Below, in pieces: positions 1 to 13,145 of a stretch of DNA of 64,000 bases. The position numbers were made by a program, and so were the translations under genes. Positions within the stretch are counted from its first letter, which is position 1. Each line of letters begins with the position of its first letter. The notes beneath the pieces are model-generated. The model was not told where the DNA came from, did not search any database, and saw only the letters and a program-made list of their open reading frames with translations. The DNA comes from Tubiluchus corallicola (lineage: Eukaryota > Animalia > Priapulida), in contig JAQGDQ010000261.1 of assembly GCA_030141605.1 (NCBI GenBank), positions 184,708 to 248,707 on the forward strand, in the 5' to 3' direction.

Positions 1-64
1 TTTGTTCTAGCATTAAATTTGCTTTGTTATTTTTCAGTTTACTGTCATTTTTCTTTCATTTCAG

Positions 65-391
65 AAACAACATATTTTGAAGCTCATCCTACTGGCGAGT
101 ACTTGTTCAAAGGATCATCTAAAATACTTAACTGTCAGATTGCAGAATCTTATAAAAGTCATGCTAATGTAGAATGGCTGCAAAACAATAACATTTTCTC
201 ATTAGATGCTGCCAGTAACATTAGTTATGCAGTGGAATTTGAAAGTGATCGATTGCTTACTGGCAATTATAGTATTGTAATCAGTAATATTGACATAAAT
301 CATGGTGATGGTGAATACCAGTGCAAATATACAAGTAATGTCAGTTCTTCTATAGTAACCTATTCATTTCCAACAACAGTAGGAGTTCTTG
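65..391 (+). CDS. Gene A exon: N-terminal V/I-like Ig domain (nephrin/Kirre-like D1)
   Basis: ttcag|AAACA..CTTG|gtaag, 327 nt; ETTYFEAHP..LNC..VEW..YSIVISN..DGEYQC. Confidence 0.9.
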
Positions 392-3300
392 GTAAGAAAA
401 CTGTATCAAACATTTTCATTTTCAACAAGCATGTACAATTTCATAGCTTGTGAATACAGCAGATGGCTGCTTGCACATGTCCTAGCTGGAAATGTATTGT
501 AGCATGGCATGGGTGGTAAGCATATCAGTTAAAAGTATCATAATTGTTTTTCTAAGGTTTCAGTTACTTTTTTGTTGAGAAAGATTCTCGATTTTGCAAA
601 TATAAGCTTACTAGCCGGCACACAAATAATCATACACTAATTACTTGTAATCTTGCAGATTATTTTCATATTTTTAGTTATTTCTGCAAATGTAATTTCA
701 TTACATCTGAGTTTACCTGTTAATGTGTAAATTGTTGCCTTTTTTGTTGCAAATTCATCTAAGAGTGCTCAAGTCGCAATGTGAGCTTATAAAATAATAA
801 TTTCTCCTTATTGCAAAATTATTCCTTCCCAAATAACTCAAACATGTGTTTTTTTTGTTAATATTTGTATAAATACTTTTGGCATTTTTGGTTTACGTTC
901 TGTGTAGTGCCAAATTTTTGCCTTTCTGTGCTTGTTTAAATCCTCTTATTTAATTTAAATGTTTAATTTTATTGCAGTTGAAGCACAAAATTTCCAGGTG
1001 ACACTTGGTGACAACAATATAGCAGGTGGTACACAGACTATCATACCTAACAAAAAAAATTCTTTAGTTTGCTCCGGTGAAAGCAGTCCCAAGCCTGTTC
1101 TCACATGGTTTATTAGTGGTATGTTATTAACAACATTCTGGTCAGTTTCTTTGTAAGTTGGGTGAGGGTTTGCTCTAAGTCATGTTTCTAGATGTCAGTG
1201 CCTGGCAGTACTCATCACATTGACTTGTGCTGTTTTACATTAGTTTTGTTTTATCATTTGTGAATGGCTTAAGTCTAATTTTCAACTGTTTTTTCTAAGT
1301 GGTTCAATATTGATTAAAATATTATTTTAAGTCAAACAAAATTGAATGACATTGTAATTTTATTTTTGTTTTTCTATTGACACACTAATTTTCTTTCCGC
1401 TTATTTGCCCAAATTGTTATTGATCCAAAAATGCTTGAACACAACAAGACAGTAAATTCTCAATCACTGCAGAACTTGTTCATTCTAAAAAAATTTTGCA
1501 GCAGTCACAAAAAATGACTGTATTTATTCTCATTGAAAAAATGATGTATTCCTATCTTTACAAATCAATATTGGCATCAGCTTTTGCGTTCATTTCATCA
1601 TAATTTTGGCTTAACTTTATCTGTGTCATTCATTGCAGAATAGCATTCAACTACAGGGTGATCCAAATTAAAAACGTTCCCCCAAACTAACTCATAACCA
1701 TTCATCTTGGTACAGCTTTTTATAAAAGAGGATCACGTCAATGTATAGCTCAGTTTCTCCTCTTTCCAATTAGCTATAAACTACCTAAGCTTCCCCCCAC
1801 CAAGTGCTCATAAGACGTTTTTCTGCATGGTGGTCGTATAGAAACAGATGGCCAGTTTTGGAGGTATTCCTCCACTGTGCCTAGAGGACTTTGCAAACTT
1901 ATATCCATATAACAGCTTTCCAAACCGTCACATTATCTGCATATATCTATAGCGTTTTGGAAAATCAGAAACCAAGCTACATAGTGATGTAGGTCTCTTT
2001 TGCAAGTGCTTCTACCAGGATGAAAGTTTATGAGTTAATGTAGGGGAATCCTTTTCTGGATGACACTGTACTTTCCAGATTCAACTCGTGTGGTTAAACG
2101 TGGTCTGTAATGCCTTTTTCTCCAGACAGAATTCACGGAAGCAAAGAAGTGTATGCTGATGATTACAGTGAAGTAAAAGACTATACTACAGGACTTATAA
2201 CTGTTAGTAAGTCAATAATAGTTGACTTTGCTCATGGTCAGGATGGAGACAATGGGAAAATCTTATCCTGTAGGTTGCATGTACACGAGGCATTTGAGGA
2301 CAAATACATCAATATAACATTAAATGTGGAATGTAAGTTTGATCTCAATTTTAGTACCTGGTGACCATATATGATCACTGCGAGGTTGAACTGCATTTAT
2401 TGATACTGTTACACTTGTTCACTTAATTTATTAGTGTTATAAATTACTGTTGATTTTTGCTTTATGAGGTATATAATTCCAAGCAGAGGAATTGGTTTTG
2501 TTTTCTTTTTGTTTTGTCCGATCTTCTGTACTAAAGTATTGCGGTATTTGCCTAAAGCCAACTCCGACTCCCTTTCCAAGAGAAACAGAGTCCCAGTTAA
2601 ATTAGAATAAACAAAAATCACCTAGGGTGCGAATTTGTAACTCGTAATATGTACTGCCAATCCGCAACCCATAATAAGTACATGACATTTGGGCAGGGAT
2701 ACACTTGGGCACAAGACATTTGGGCACCAATAAAATCTGATGTTGTACCTTCCTATTTTTTATTTTTGTGTATTAAATTTTTAGTGACTCACTCAAATTT
2801 CATAACTCACATTTTTTAAAAATAATTGTTTCACAAAATTAAAACATAGCAGAAACATATGCTATAACAATTATATCTAGTCTGTTGAATGCACTTTCTA
2901 GATTTTTGCCTTAATTCAATATTTTATGTGTTGCTTTGAATGCTGCAGAAAACACCACAAATTTACATTAAAGTGAATAACAACTACGTGCACCATGAAT
3001 GAACTTCTTCACACCAAAATTTAGTGTCAGTGCAATTACTGTAGCAATTTGTCTAGTATTATATCATAATACTATATTCATTGAACACTTAGTGTACATT
3101 AGACAACCTAGAATGTGTTGTTTAGTTCACTAGTTGCTTGTAGCTAGCTCTCAACTCGAAAACGACTAGCTGAAGCAGTTTGTAAGTCATTTAAATTATG
3201 TATGTTTGTCAATATTGGGATCAACAATAATTGTAAGCATTTTTGCTGTATCTCTTACGAAATGGATGATAATATCATGCGTTCAGCAGCAGTGTTCTGA

Positions 3301-6300
3301 GATGTGTATAGTTATACTACATACTCAAGTTTTACACTCATATACACAAATATAATTATTTCTATTCATACAAAAATTTTAAATGTTACAAGGCAAATGT
3401 CCTGCCCCATTATATACTAATACGTTTTATTAATGAGAGTTTTCTGCAACATTCGATGTCTGTAGACAGTAAACAAGGAGCACAATAGACAGGTACCTGC
3501 TCACGTGATTGTTTCATAGTAACTGTTTAATAGCTCAGATAATCGATAAAGAGCACTGTTCTGTTTATGATTCGTCCAAATGAATGGCAATTTTGCTGAT
3601 TAAAACTAAAGGCTTTGCACAGTATTTACAGCATCAAGCTCGCAGCTAATGATCTGTTTTTGTTGCACAAGACAATTTATAAATGAGATAATACATTTAT
3701 ATATGTAAACAGATAGAAGACACTGAAAATCAAAGTAAATTAACTAATAATAAATGAATTTGTGCCATTAATTTGATTAATTGTTTCACTGCCAATATTA
3801 AACTGTGTTCCATTTTTTCCACATCAAACAAGACACCCATTGCCTAGAATCATGTTCCTAAAATAATGGAAAACCCCTCTGTGACAATCCCTTCACCTGC
3901 TTATGCTGTTTTAACTAATATTAACTAACATTAAACTCAGCAATCAACAGTTTGTTCATGTAAATTCAATGAATGAGTCACAAAAAGCTACACCCATTGT
4001 GCTTATTAATGAGCACACCTGCTAATTTCACATAACAACTGGTCTGACCTGCCAGTGATGTTTGAGACAGGGATTTAAGGCATACCTGCTGTGCAGATAA
4101 ATAAGCTTTATAAATAAGATAAATATATACCTAAATAAAATTAATAAATAAGGTAAGTAAGATCAAGAAAGTGCCATTTAAGCTTATCTGATTGAAAGAT
4201 AACGTGCCACACATTAGAATGCTGGCTTTGAATAGTTCGATAAACGCAGTCTGCTGTTACCTTGTAACCTGCATGAAGGCAGATTGAAAATAGCAAGCAT
4301 GCTTAATTTTGTGTAGTTAAAAATAAAAATAAAGAATGACTTTTAAAATCATTTTTATGAAGCAAGACGTCATGTCCCATGTATTGCTGTGTTTGCTCTC
4401 GTGAAAGTGAGGAGCTAGTTCTATGATATAATTAAAGCTCCACTTGAAAAACTAAAACACAACCTGTACATTGTGGCCCATAACCTGTAAACTACAGCCA
4501 ACTCTATATGGTGCGTATGCTAGAAAATGGTATCTCTTTTGGGAAATCTAACAAAAAATGAGTTATTTTAGTGTTTAGATGGCAAACTCAATTACAGTGC
4601 CATAAACTAGAATGTTCAAATTGTCATCAGGACTTCCTTTGGCACTTTGGTTGCCAGAAAAGTGTGAAAATAATCTAGAATTGCACTCTGTGTTCTTTAA
4701 GAACTGTTACACAACGGAATTTGGAAACAATTTGAATCTCTAAATGAAAATGTGAATATCTGAAAATAAAAAATGTATATTAAGAATGATTTAAAACTTG
4801 CAAAATAAAATATGTAAAGCTTTTATATTTACAGGCACACAAACCTTTCAAGCCTGTTTATTTTGCATCTTCTGTGCAATCTTGCCTAAGAATGATGCTT
4901 TTGGCATTGGCTTCCATCATTTAATCCAGCACGTGAAAAATTGTTCAGCACTTAAATATCATCGATTTAAAGCTTTATCACTAATTGCTACAGATCCACC
5001 AATGGACATTAAAGTCACATCAGATCAAGGTGAAAGCATACCACTAGGCAAAAAGATGAAACTTACCTGCCAGGTTGATGCGAACCCACCACCTGCCAGG
5101 TATGAGTGGAGCAAGGAGCCATACCCAGAGGCTAAAGATCTCCATAGGTACAACTTCGATCACAAGGAAATATTTGAGCTTAAAACTAAATATACCAGCG
5201 ATAGTGGCAACTACACATGCAAAGCAACAAATTCTCATGGAAGTACCATTGGCAGTATAAATATTTATATTACTGGTGAGTTGCATGTTCCTGCAAGCAT
5301 GGAATGGTTGCTATATAATCAAATTCCGGAAATTTCATTTTCGTTTAATCAACTTTGTTTATCAGGGATTTCTTCTTGCCTTGCTTAAGTTTTCAAAGGT
5401 TCTGTACATTTACCTAGCTAATTACACATTTCACCTAACTAATTGTTTCGGCTTCTAAGGATCCATACGAGTTAAATTTTGATTGACACTTTTAAAGACC
5501 CAGTAGATTCGTAATAGAGTAATGTTGCCTGTTGGCTTTCTCAATGCATGTTATCTATCTAATGAAAAGTTATAATAACTCTGCTCAATTCAACATTACT
5601 TGACTCAACTCTCAACTAACCTGTCACTCAAGCACCCATCCGTTCTCAACTCGCCTAAACTGAGAGTTTTGATTTCAACATTTATTTCTTTTTTAACTTT
5701 GATTCAATTTTTAATTAAAGTAAAACCTCATCTCTAGTAAATTCTCAAGTGCTGGTTGGCTAAACGTTCAGCTGCCCAGGCGTCCACTGCCCTACTATCC
5801 AAAAAGTACCACCTATGCATATATGGCACAAGCAGTACGCTGTGGTTATGCACCAAGTGTGCACTACCAAAGTGTCTCTGCTCAAATGTCCATTTTTCAA
5901 GTGGCACGTACTGCCTAAGAAACCACTGCTATAGTAAAAGCATACCGCTGCATAACTGCCCACTGTATTCATATGCTACTGCGGAACTATATATTGCTTT
6001 AGTGTTTGTAGAAACAAATAATAAAATAGTTGCCCAATCATTATAAATAGTAGCAAAACCTGTCAACTGTAATCTTATTGTGGACACTAATTGACATACA
6101 GATGTAGCAAAATGAGGAACACATAATAAACTTAAAGTCTGATTATTTGAATAACTCATTTACTGATTTTCTTGGCTCACACCTGTAACTGATTGCTTGA
6201 TTTTTTGTCAAACATTTCAGTGCTGGCAAGGTTTGAAGGTCAGCGAGTTTATTGGGTAAACCTCTACAAAGATGCCATCATCTTGCTAAATTTCTGTGAC

Positions 6301-9300
6301 CTTAAAATGTACAAAAATGCTGAGTGGCTAAGCAAGCAACATTTTAGGAAACTTTCGCATGGCAACCAAACAGGACAGGTATCATTTGATAGGTTTCGGT
6401 CAGTCATCATTCCGAGAAAAATTGGAACAAATGGATTCATATGTTTCAATGTAACTTTGTTGATAGAAAGCGTGCGCCCGACTGATCTACATGACTACAC
6501 ATTTCAAATGGAAAGTGGCGAAGACGGCAGCATCAATCAATTTTCTCTCAGCCTTTTTAGTAAGTCTGAACCTTTGCTGTTTATGGTTAACCTGTTAATG
6601 AAACTTCCCTCATTAGGAAAATGTGAATTAGTGAAAAGGCTTACTGTTCACCTGTAATCATTGATGATGTCATTGCTAGAGAATGACAATTGTTGCCTTT
6701 CAAATTTGCAAAAACTGTTTTCTGACTATAATTTATTAATTGACGATTATTTGTAGGACTGAGATTTTTGAAAAGTAGCCAAACCATCTACAGGCTTAAA
6801 TTTGTATGCACTCCTTTTGTAGAATTTTGAAACTTACAGGTCAAACCTGACTCCAGAATAATTCTGAAATCATAAGTCTCTAATACTGTTATAATTACCA
6901 TTGATCATTATGGTCAGGCTTTCTAAAGGCACATGGTTAATATTGTAGTTGTAATTGTTGTAAATGTGGTGCGAATAGCGAGTGCCAAATTGTGATGTGA
7001 ACAGCTTTCAAAACTAAATTACACTGAAGCTTACACTCGCTGTGGACATCGTTCTGTTCAGTACAGTGATTTCCTTAAAAAATGTGTATGGCATTATTTT
7101 TATTTAACTGTGTTGCACTGTGTTACATGGTTCTGTATTTTATACTGCCAGATGTGTTGTAATATATATATTCTTGCATTGCACTCACTTGCACTCCTGC
7201 CAGAGAAATCAAATGAGCCAAAAATGGCATTTAGAGCATCTTCTGATCTTGTGTTAGTAAATACTTTTGATTTAACAACCTAATTTAACAATTTTGATGT
7301 AATAATCTAAGAAACCATTTTCTGCTTTTACTGTCAAGGTAGATTAAGCAACGTTGTTCGATTTTAAAGTCATTCTAAAATCTTTAGCATCCTCACAGTA
7401 TACGCATGACCTGCCTTTGTTACATCTTTAACTCTAAAACGGTGGATACTTTTAGATAAACTTTTATTTTTTCACTTTTGTCTTCTGCTTGAATTTGTTA
7501 CAGATTACCCAGAGTTACGAAATGATACACTGACTAAATTTAATGCCCACATTGGCTATGACATCAACATAACTATGCACTTTTGTTGCTGGCCAAGATT
7601 TAAAACTGCAAAGTGGCAATTCAACTATTTTGGCCGTGATGATATCCTCATAACTGAAGTTTTGAAATCTTATCAGCAAATCGGGTATTTCTCTACTTTA
7701 AACCTTGTTGATGTAGGACTTTTTACACCGGCCCATCAAGACATCTGCCATACTGCCTGGTTGCACATTGACCATGTAAAAACTTATCATCAGCAAATAT
7801 ACGCTTTGGTTGTGAGCAACAACGAATCTCAGGAGAGCGTATTTGAGGCGAGGCTTGTTGTATTAGGTTTGCACTTTATTATAAATTTATAGTAACCTTG
7901 CCTACAATGGCTTCACACATTTAATACATATGTGGGGGATGCAACTGCATTTAGCTACTGTTCAAGTTGACCTATAAATGCAAATGACTGGTTTAATGTA
8001 TAAATGACTGATGTGGCCCGACTACCTTCCAATGAAGTTACCGTTGCACTTACATTTAGTCAGCATTGACCTAGCCGAAATCAGCTGCTTAAAAAACAGA
8101 TAACAAATGATTTGAACGTATTTGATTTATGAATTCATAGCCAGTCGTTAATAAACCATTAAGCAAAATAAGGATGTCCTTAAGGCTCAGAGGAAGAGGG
8201 GACGCATGCATTTTTTTCAAATTTAATAATTACCCAGAAGTAAAATATACTGAAATGTGTGTGGCAGTTTCTGCGTTTGTTTACTATATGGCAATATGGA
8301 TGGACACTTTGATTTCGTTTTACAGTTTAGTATTGCTTTTATTCTCCATTATACATATATATGGTCCACACACACACACACACATGCACGCACACACACA
8401 CACACACACACACCACATATATATGGTACATTAATCTTTTCAGTGCTTAAGGCCTCTTGAGGTCTTAATTAATCCGGCCCTGTTCATAACTCAACTTATC
8501 TCAAACACAGGGTCATTTCACACTTCTGACATTTTCTACGATGTCCTTTTTGTCCTCAGTTATGTATTAGAGAAATTGCAAATTATGTAAAAAATGTCAA
8601 ATTGCCATACTATTAAGCATCCATGTACAGATGTACATGTATATGGTTAACTTGCGAAGTCGACCAACTTTTGTATACATGCTCATTGAAATCAAATTAT
8701 TATTATTTGAAAATGAAAATGTTTGTTATAATGGCATAAATCAAAGGTTTTGACACTAAAGGCCACAGTGTAGTAGTGCAAGTTGTAAGGGAGGCATGTA
8801 AATTAAAGTAAAAAGATGTTATTGACACAATTTTATACAATGCCTCAGTGTTGTGACTGGCAGCAACTGCACTACAAGTAGTCTGCTTTGAACAACACTG
8901 TTAGCTTGTATAAACTGTTTTTTACAATGTACTAAACAGCCAAAGGTTACCTTTTATATATAAATAGAGCTAAGTTCCACACTGCAATTGTCCTTAGAAT
9001 ATGTTGTGTTTTGTTTCCCTCGGAAGGCTCGTAGAGAAAACCAGAAAACACGCCGTAAAATAAAACTACTTTATTTAGCGAGAATTCTACTACACAAAGA
9101 ACGAGAAATGATTATACTAAACGTGAAAATCTGGAAAACGTTTAATATGTAAGTATTACATCTGTGAGATCTGCGTGCTCTGTGTGCTGTGTGCAGCCTG
9201 CTTCTCCTTATATAACGCGCTGTAGAAACTTCTCGAACAAATGTTCGAGAACAATCCAGACAGTAAGGCGGTCATTCCGAAGGAGCATTCTACGATGTTC

Positions 9301-11000
9301 TATGCAATTCTACTTGACGTCAGCGATCTCCACAACAGAATAATTGACAGAACTAACAGGGACATTTTAGTTTTGCCAAGCAAGGTGGCAATTAAGCTGC
9401 ATCAACTACAAACTTGCACACAACTCCTTGAAGATAAAATCACTTGACAAAACAGCTGTTTAAATTGTTTTTATAAAGATGCATTTCATTAATCTTATTG
9501 TCAATGTATTGTTTGAGTGAAAACGTTAGAAAAAATAATACAACCATGAATGACATGTGTTATTTAAACAAAATGTTTTTATTGCAGAATCGGATGAAGC
9601 AGCAAAAGCTGTTCTTGGTGTAGGTATAAGCATAGCTGTTGGCATTCCTCTTATTATTGTTTCACTTCTTGTACTTTCTTACTGGAAAAAAATTTGGTGT
9701 TTTTACGGTAATCACTTTTTAATTTATGCCTTATCATTGTAGTGAATGTACCTGATTTCTAACACATTTACGTTAAATACAATGCACAGGCCTACAGTGT
9801 TTGCTGTTTGCTGCACGTTTTTAATACATTGCTATCATGATTCATGAAGCATATGCAGATTATTGTTTTATATTGTATTGCACAAAATAGTCCCCTTTCT
9901 TATTTGTTTTTATTGATATTCAGTGTCCATTAGAGGGTTTCCAGAATTTTTTAATCATTGTTAATCATTATTATTAAGGTTTAGGTGTATGTATTGCCAC
10001 ACTTTGCAGCAATATATGAGTAAAATATTCCACTAAATGAATGAAAAACCTACTTCATTAAAAAAACATTTCAATTGAAAGTTTTGGCGATGTGCAACAA
10101 ACATTGCTATATCCCTCTCGGCCATTTCTTTTCTTTTTCTTCTTTTAGAAACGTACTTCCTCTAAATCGAAATAATTGGGTTGCATTATCATGTTGTTCA
10201 TTACAGGTCTAAAGCAACAGCCTGGTGATCTAGAAGCAGTACACCAGGGCAATGTTGTTATGGTACCTATTGATGGCTCTACTAACAGAACTATTCTACC
10301 GCTGGCAGCAAACCAGAGCCTCACTTCGTTTCCTGTGGAATATGCACCGTATGATACAATGTTTATCCCAATGGCTGGAATACCTGTAGCAGATGTTACA
10401 CACCCATATGTTAACCTAGCAGGAACAGAACAGATGACAACTGTCCAAGCTGTAACATCTCAAGTAACTGTACCAGGGCAAGTTAGCCTGACTGGAATAG
10501 CACCTGTTTCTGCAGTAAGACAGGGTTTAACAGAAATGCCGACTTCAGAAGCTCCTGTTGCAAGAGCAAAGCAAACTACTTTATCTGGAATGGTGCCAGT
10601 GATTGCCCCGACAGCAGCGATGGCACCCAGGCAAGTAATCCCTGTGTCAAATGAAGTTTCAGTTGTCATGGTCCCTTCAAGTAATATACAACTTTCCCCT
10701 GTAACTCCTACAACTACAGTGACACAAGCAGTGCCAGACAGAATTCCTGCAGCACAGGCATATGATGTACCTGCAGACAGTGCTGTTCTTGGACATGAAG
10801 AATCCTCACCCCTACAGATAGATCAAACTGTAACTGGAATTTCTGCAGACAAAGCTATAACTGATCAAGAAGAGCCACAAGTAGAATCTACACCTGGAAC
10901 TCCTGCAGAGAGTGCTAAAACTGATCAAGAGCCACAAGTAAAACCTAAAATTGGAATCCCTGAATACATTTACAAAACTGAATCAATTGATTCAGATTGA
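65..11000 (+). CDS. Gene A: multi-exon type-I transmembrane IgSF receptor/adhesion protein (5 Ig-like domains in window, TM, long cytoplasmic tail); 5' end (signal peptide) lies upstream of the window
   Basis: Exons 65-391, 978-1118, 2126-2332, 4994-5275, 6221-6559, 7504-7866, 9588-9707, 10207-11000 all have AG/GT boundaries, are all phase 1 and splice into one open frame (~857 aa in window). Ig motifs C..W..DGEYQC and C.VDANP..W..DSGNYTC; hydrophobic TM segment. Confidence 0.9.
978..1118 (+). CDS. Gene A exon: first half of C2-set (CD80-like) Ig domain
   Basis: ttgcag|TTGAA..AGTG|gtatgt, 141 nt; LVCSGESSPKPVLTWF. Confidence 0.88.
1654..2068. mobile_element. Tc1/mariner-type MITE in an intron of gene A
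   Basis: TA|CAGGGTGATCCA...TGGATGACACTG|TA: imperfect TIRs flanked by TA dinucleotides. Confidence 0.7.
2126..2332 (+). CDS. Gene A exon: second half of C2-set Ig domain
   Basis: tccag|ACAGA..GAAT|gtaagt, 207 nt; TGLITVSKSI..DNGKILSC..INITLNVE(Y). Confidence 0.88.
4994..5275 (+). CDS. Gene A exon: I-set Ig domain
   Basis: tacag|ATCCA..ACTG|gtgagt, 282 nt; YPP..LTCQVDANPPPARYEW..DSGNYTCKATNSHG. Confidence 0.92.
6221..6559 (+). CDS. Gene A exon: atypical Ig-like domain 4
   Basis: ttcag|TGCTG..TTTA|gtaagt, 339 nt; LNFC..AEW..CFNVTLLIESVRPTDLHDYTF. Confidence 0.85.
7504..7866 (+). CDS. Gene A exon: atypical membrane-proximal Ig-like domain 5
   Basis: tacag|ATTAC..TTAG|gtttgc, 363 nt; HFCCWP..KWQF..ICHTAWLHI..YALVVSN. 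Confidence 0.85.
8366..8412. repeat. (CA)n microsatellite
   Basis: Direct observation. Confidence 0.9.
9002..9337 (-). mobile_element. Solo LTR (LTR retrotransposon), copy 1
   Basis: TGTTGTG...CACAACA termini; perfect 5-bp TSD GAATA (8997-9001 / 9338-9342); reverse-complement homologous to 12786-13145. Confidence 0.85.
9588..9707 (+). CDS. Gene A exon: transmembrane segment
   Basis: tgcag|AATCG..TACG|gtaatc, 120 nt; AVLGVGISIAVGIPLIIVSLLVLSYW-KKIWCF. Confidence 0.9.
10207..11000 (+). CDS. Gene A terminal exon: Pro/Thr/Val-rich cytoplasmic tail
   Basis: tacag|GTCTA.. to TGA; in frame with the TM exon; YDTM, YVNL, YDVP motifs; AATAAA near 11203. Confidence 0.85.
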
Positions 11001-12785
11001 ACCATTCTGCAGGCTGTACATGATATTTGCTGCTAATAATGTGCAACCTCAGAGCATGTAAATAAGATGCATAATTTTAACTACACAGCTAATACACAGA
11101 GTCGCCTAAATGAACTCATCTATTATGGCAGGCAGTTCCCTTGTAGTTTATTTATTATTTCATTGTTTTTATTACATTTGTGTAAATTAAGCTGGTGTGT
11201 AAAATAAATTATGTATTACTGTAATGATAATTCAAAGTAAGTTTGTTTATGAATTTAACACTTGCATTTGCTATGTGTTTCTTTCACGATTATCATAAGG
11301 ATATTTATTTCAAATTCATCTGTTTTCGGAATGCTGAATCATTGGCAAATTTTTTTATGATTTTGGGTATTACATGCTTATGAAATACTACATGTTTGTG
11401 ATTTTTACACATTCCACTTCCTAATGCCTGATTATCGGGAACAACTGGCAATTTAAACCCGTAAATATTAAATTTCATTGGTGCCCAAATGCTTCATGCC
11501 CAAGTGACCAATGCCCAAATGTGTACACTCCATGTGACAAGTACCCAGATGGAACCAACGCAACTACCCATAGTGCCCACATAGAAACTTGGGGCCCAGG
11601 TGGCCGCCGCCCCTGCAGGATGCCCACGTATGACCACAGTCAGAGAATCACAGTGGGGCCCAATTGTGTCCCACTTGTGCTTGCTGTCTGGACTGGTATT
11701 ATCACATGCCCTAAATATAGAAACAAATTGGGGTATGGCGGCATTTTGCTGCCGAAGTTTTACTTTTAGGGCATTTGCATAACAAGTAGTCATACGCACT
11801 TAATTTCCTATCATTGTTATTTTTTGGTACAGCATTAATAGACTATCATTGTGACATCAGCCAGCACTTCATAATCATGTTCTTCAAAGTTCTAATTCCG
11901 TACTACGGTAGGGATATTAAGTAGAAACCCTGCATTTACCAATTATTGAAATGTTTGCCATTACATATATCAGCTTTCAAAGATGATGTCACATAATTAT
12001 ATACCATTTACAAGCAAATCAGAAAATAGCTGCTACATGCATTATGTTCTAATTTCGGTCAGTCTTATTTGTTTTTAGGATGTCTGACTGTCTGACCGGT
12101 ATGTAGCCGATACCATTGAATTTTAAAATTTCTGTTATTGTTACGTTTACGGTCCTTGGTTGACTGGCCATCATTACAATTCATTTTTGCTGCATTTTCA
12201 TATTATCATCGATCCAGGTCCCAGTTTGGTCCCCCGCAATTATGGTGTCTGGCAGACAGTAATAACCAATGCCTCTTAAACTGTATCTCGTTATCAACTA
12301 TAAACTACATGATCATAAGCTACAATATAAAATTAAAACCTACAGGTGTCTCTTTGATCTAGTTCATTTTTCAGGGTACGTCCATTGATGGTACCTATAG
12401 AGACTTGCACAATAAAAAAATGAAGCCAAGCGTGGCACCCCAGCAGATGTTCACACCTGAACATCACATATTATGTCACATTACATACCATATTTTGTTG
12501 AAGCTTCTTATGTGACTAGGTATTGGTATCTTGCTCGACCGATCTGAAGGGCCCTAGCTGAGTGTCTATTATGTTACATCCTGATAATTCGGAATTGCAC
12601 TTTATTAAATTCACAGCCCTCAACAACTGGAATAAAATAAATGCCCGAGTAAAAATACACAAAACTTAATTTTACAGTTTCAAAAAGTACTTGAAAAGAA
12701 CCATTCTTGATTCATACTTATAATACAATTTTGATGCTTCTTTGTCTCATGCAGTCGCAATGTATGGCCTCCCATACATTATAAT

Positions 12786-13145
12786 TATTGTGGAGATCAC
12801 TGGCATGTATTAGAATTTAAATAGAACATTGTAGAATGTTCCGTGAGAATAATCGTCTTACCTTGTAGAATGTTCTGGAAAGAAACTTCTTGGGCATGCT
12901 GTATAAGGCGAAGCAGGCTGCTGACAGAGGTACGCTGATTCACACGGACGCCACTTACACATTCTCTTGTATACTTGTATTTTTATATACACTTAAACGT
13001 TTTCCAGATTTTCACGTTTACTGTAATCATTTCACGTTCCTTCATACTTTTGTGTTGTAGAATTCTTGCTTAATAAACTAGTTTAATTTGATGAAGTGTT
13101 TTCTGGTTTTGTCTACGAGCCTTCCGAGAGAAACAAAACACAACA
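12786..13145 (+). mobile_element. Solo LTR, copy 2 (same family)
   Basis: TATTGTG(GAGATC)...CACAACA; 5-bp TSD ATAAT (12781-85 / 13146-50); internal TATAA (12902) and AATAAA (13072). Confidence 0.85.

Noticed and set aside
4432-4700. TTAA-flanked Kolobok/piggyBac-like MITE candidates (also ~26880 and ~31795-32205)
   Set aside because: Termini too degenerate to pair confidently by eye
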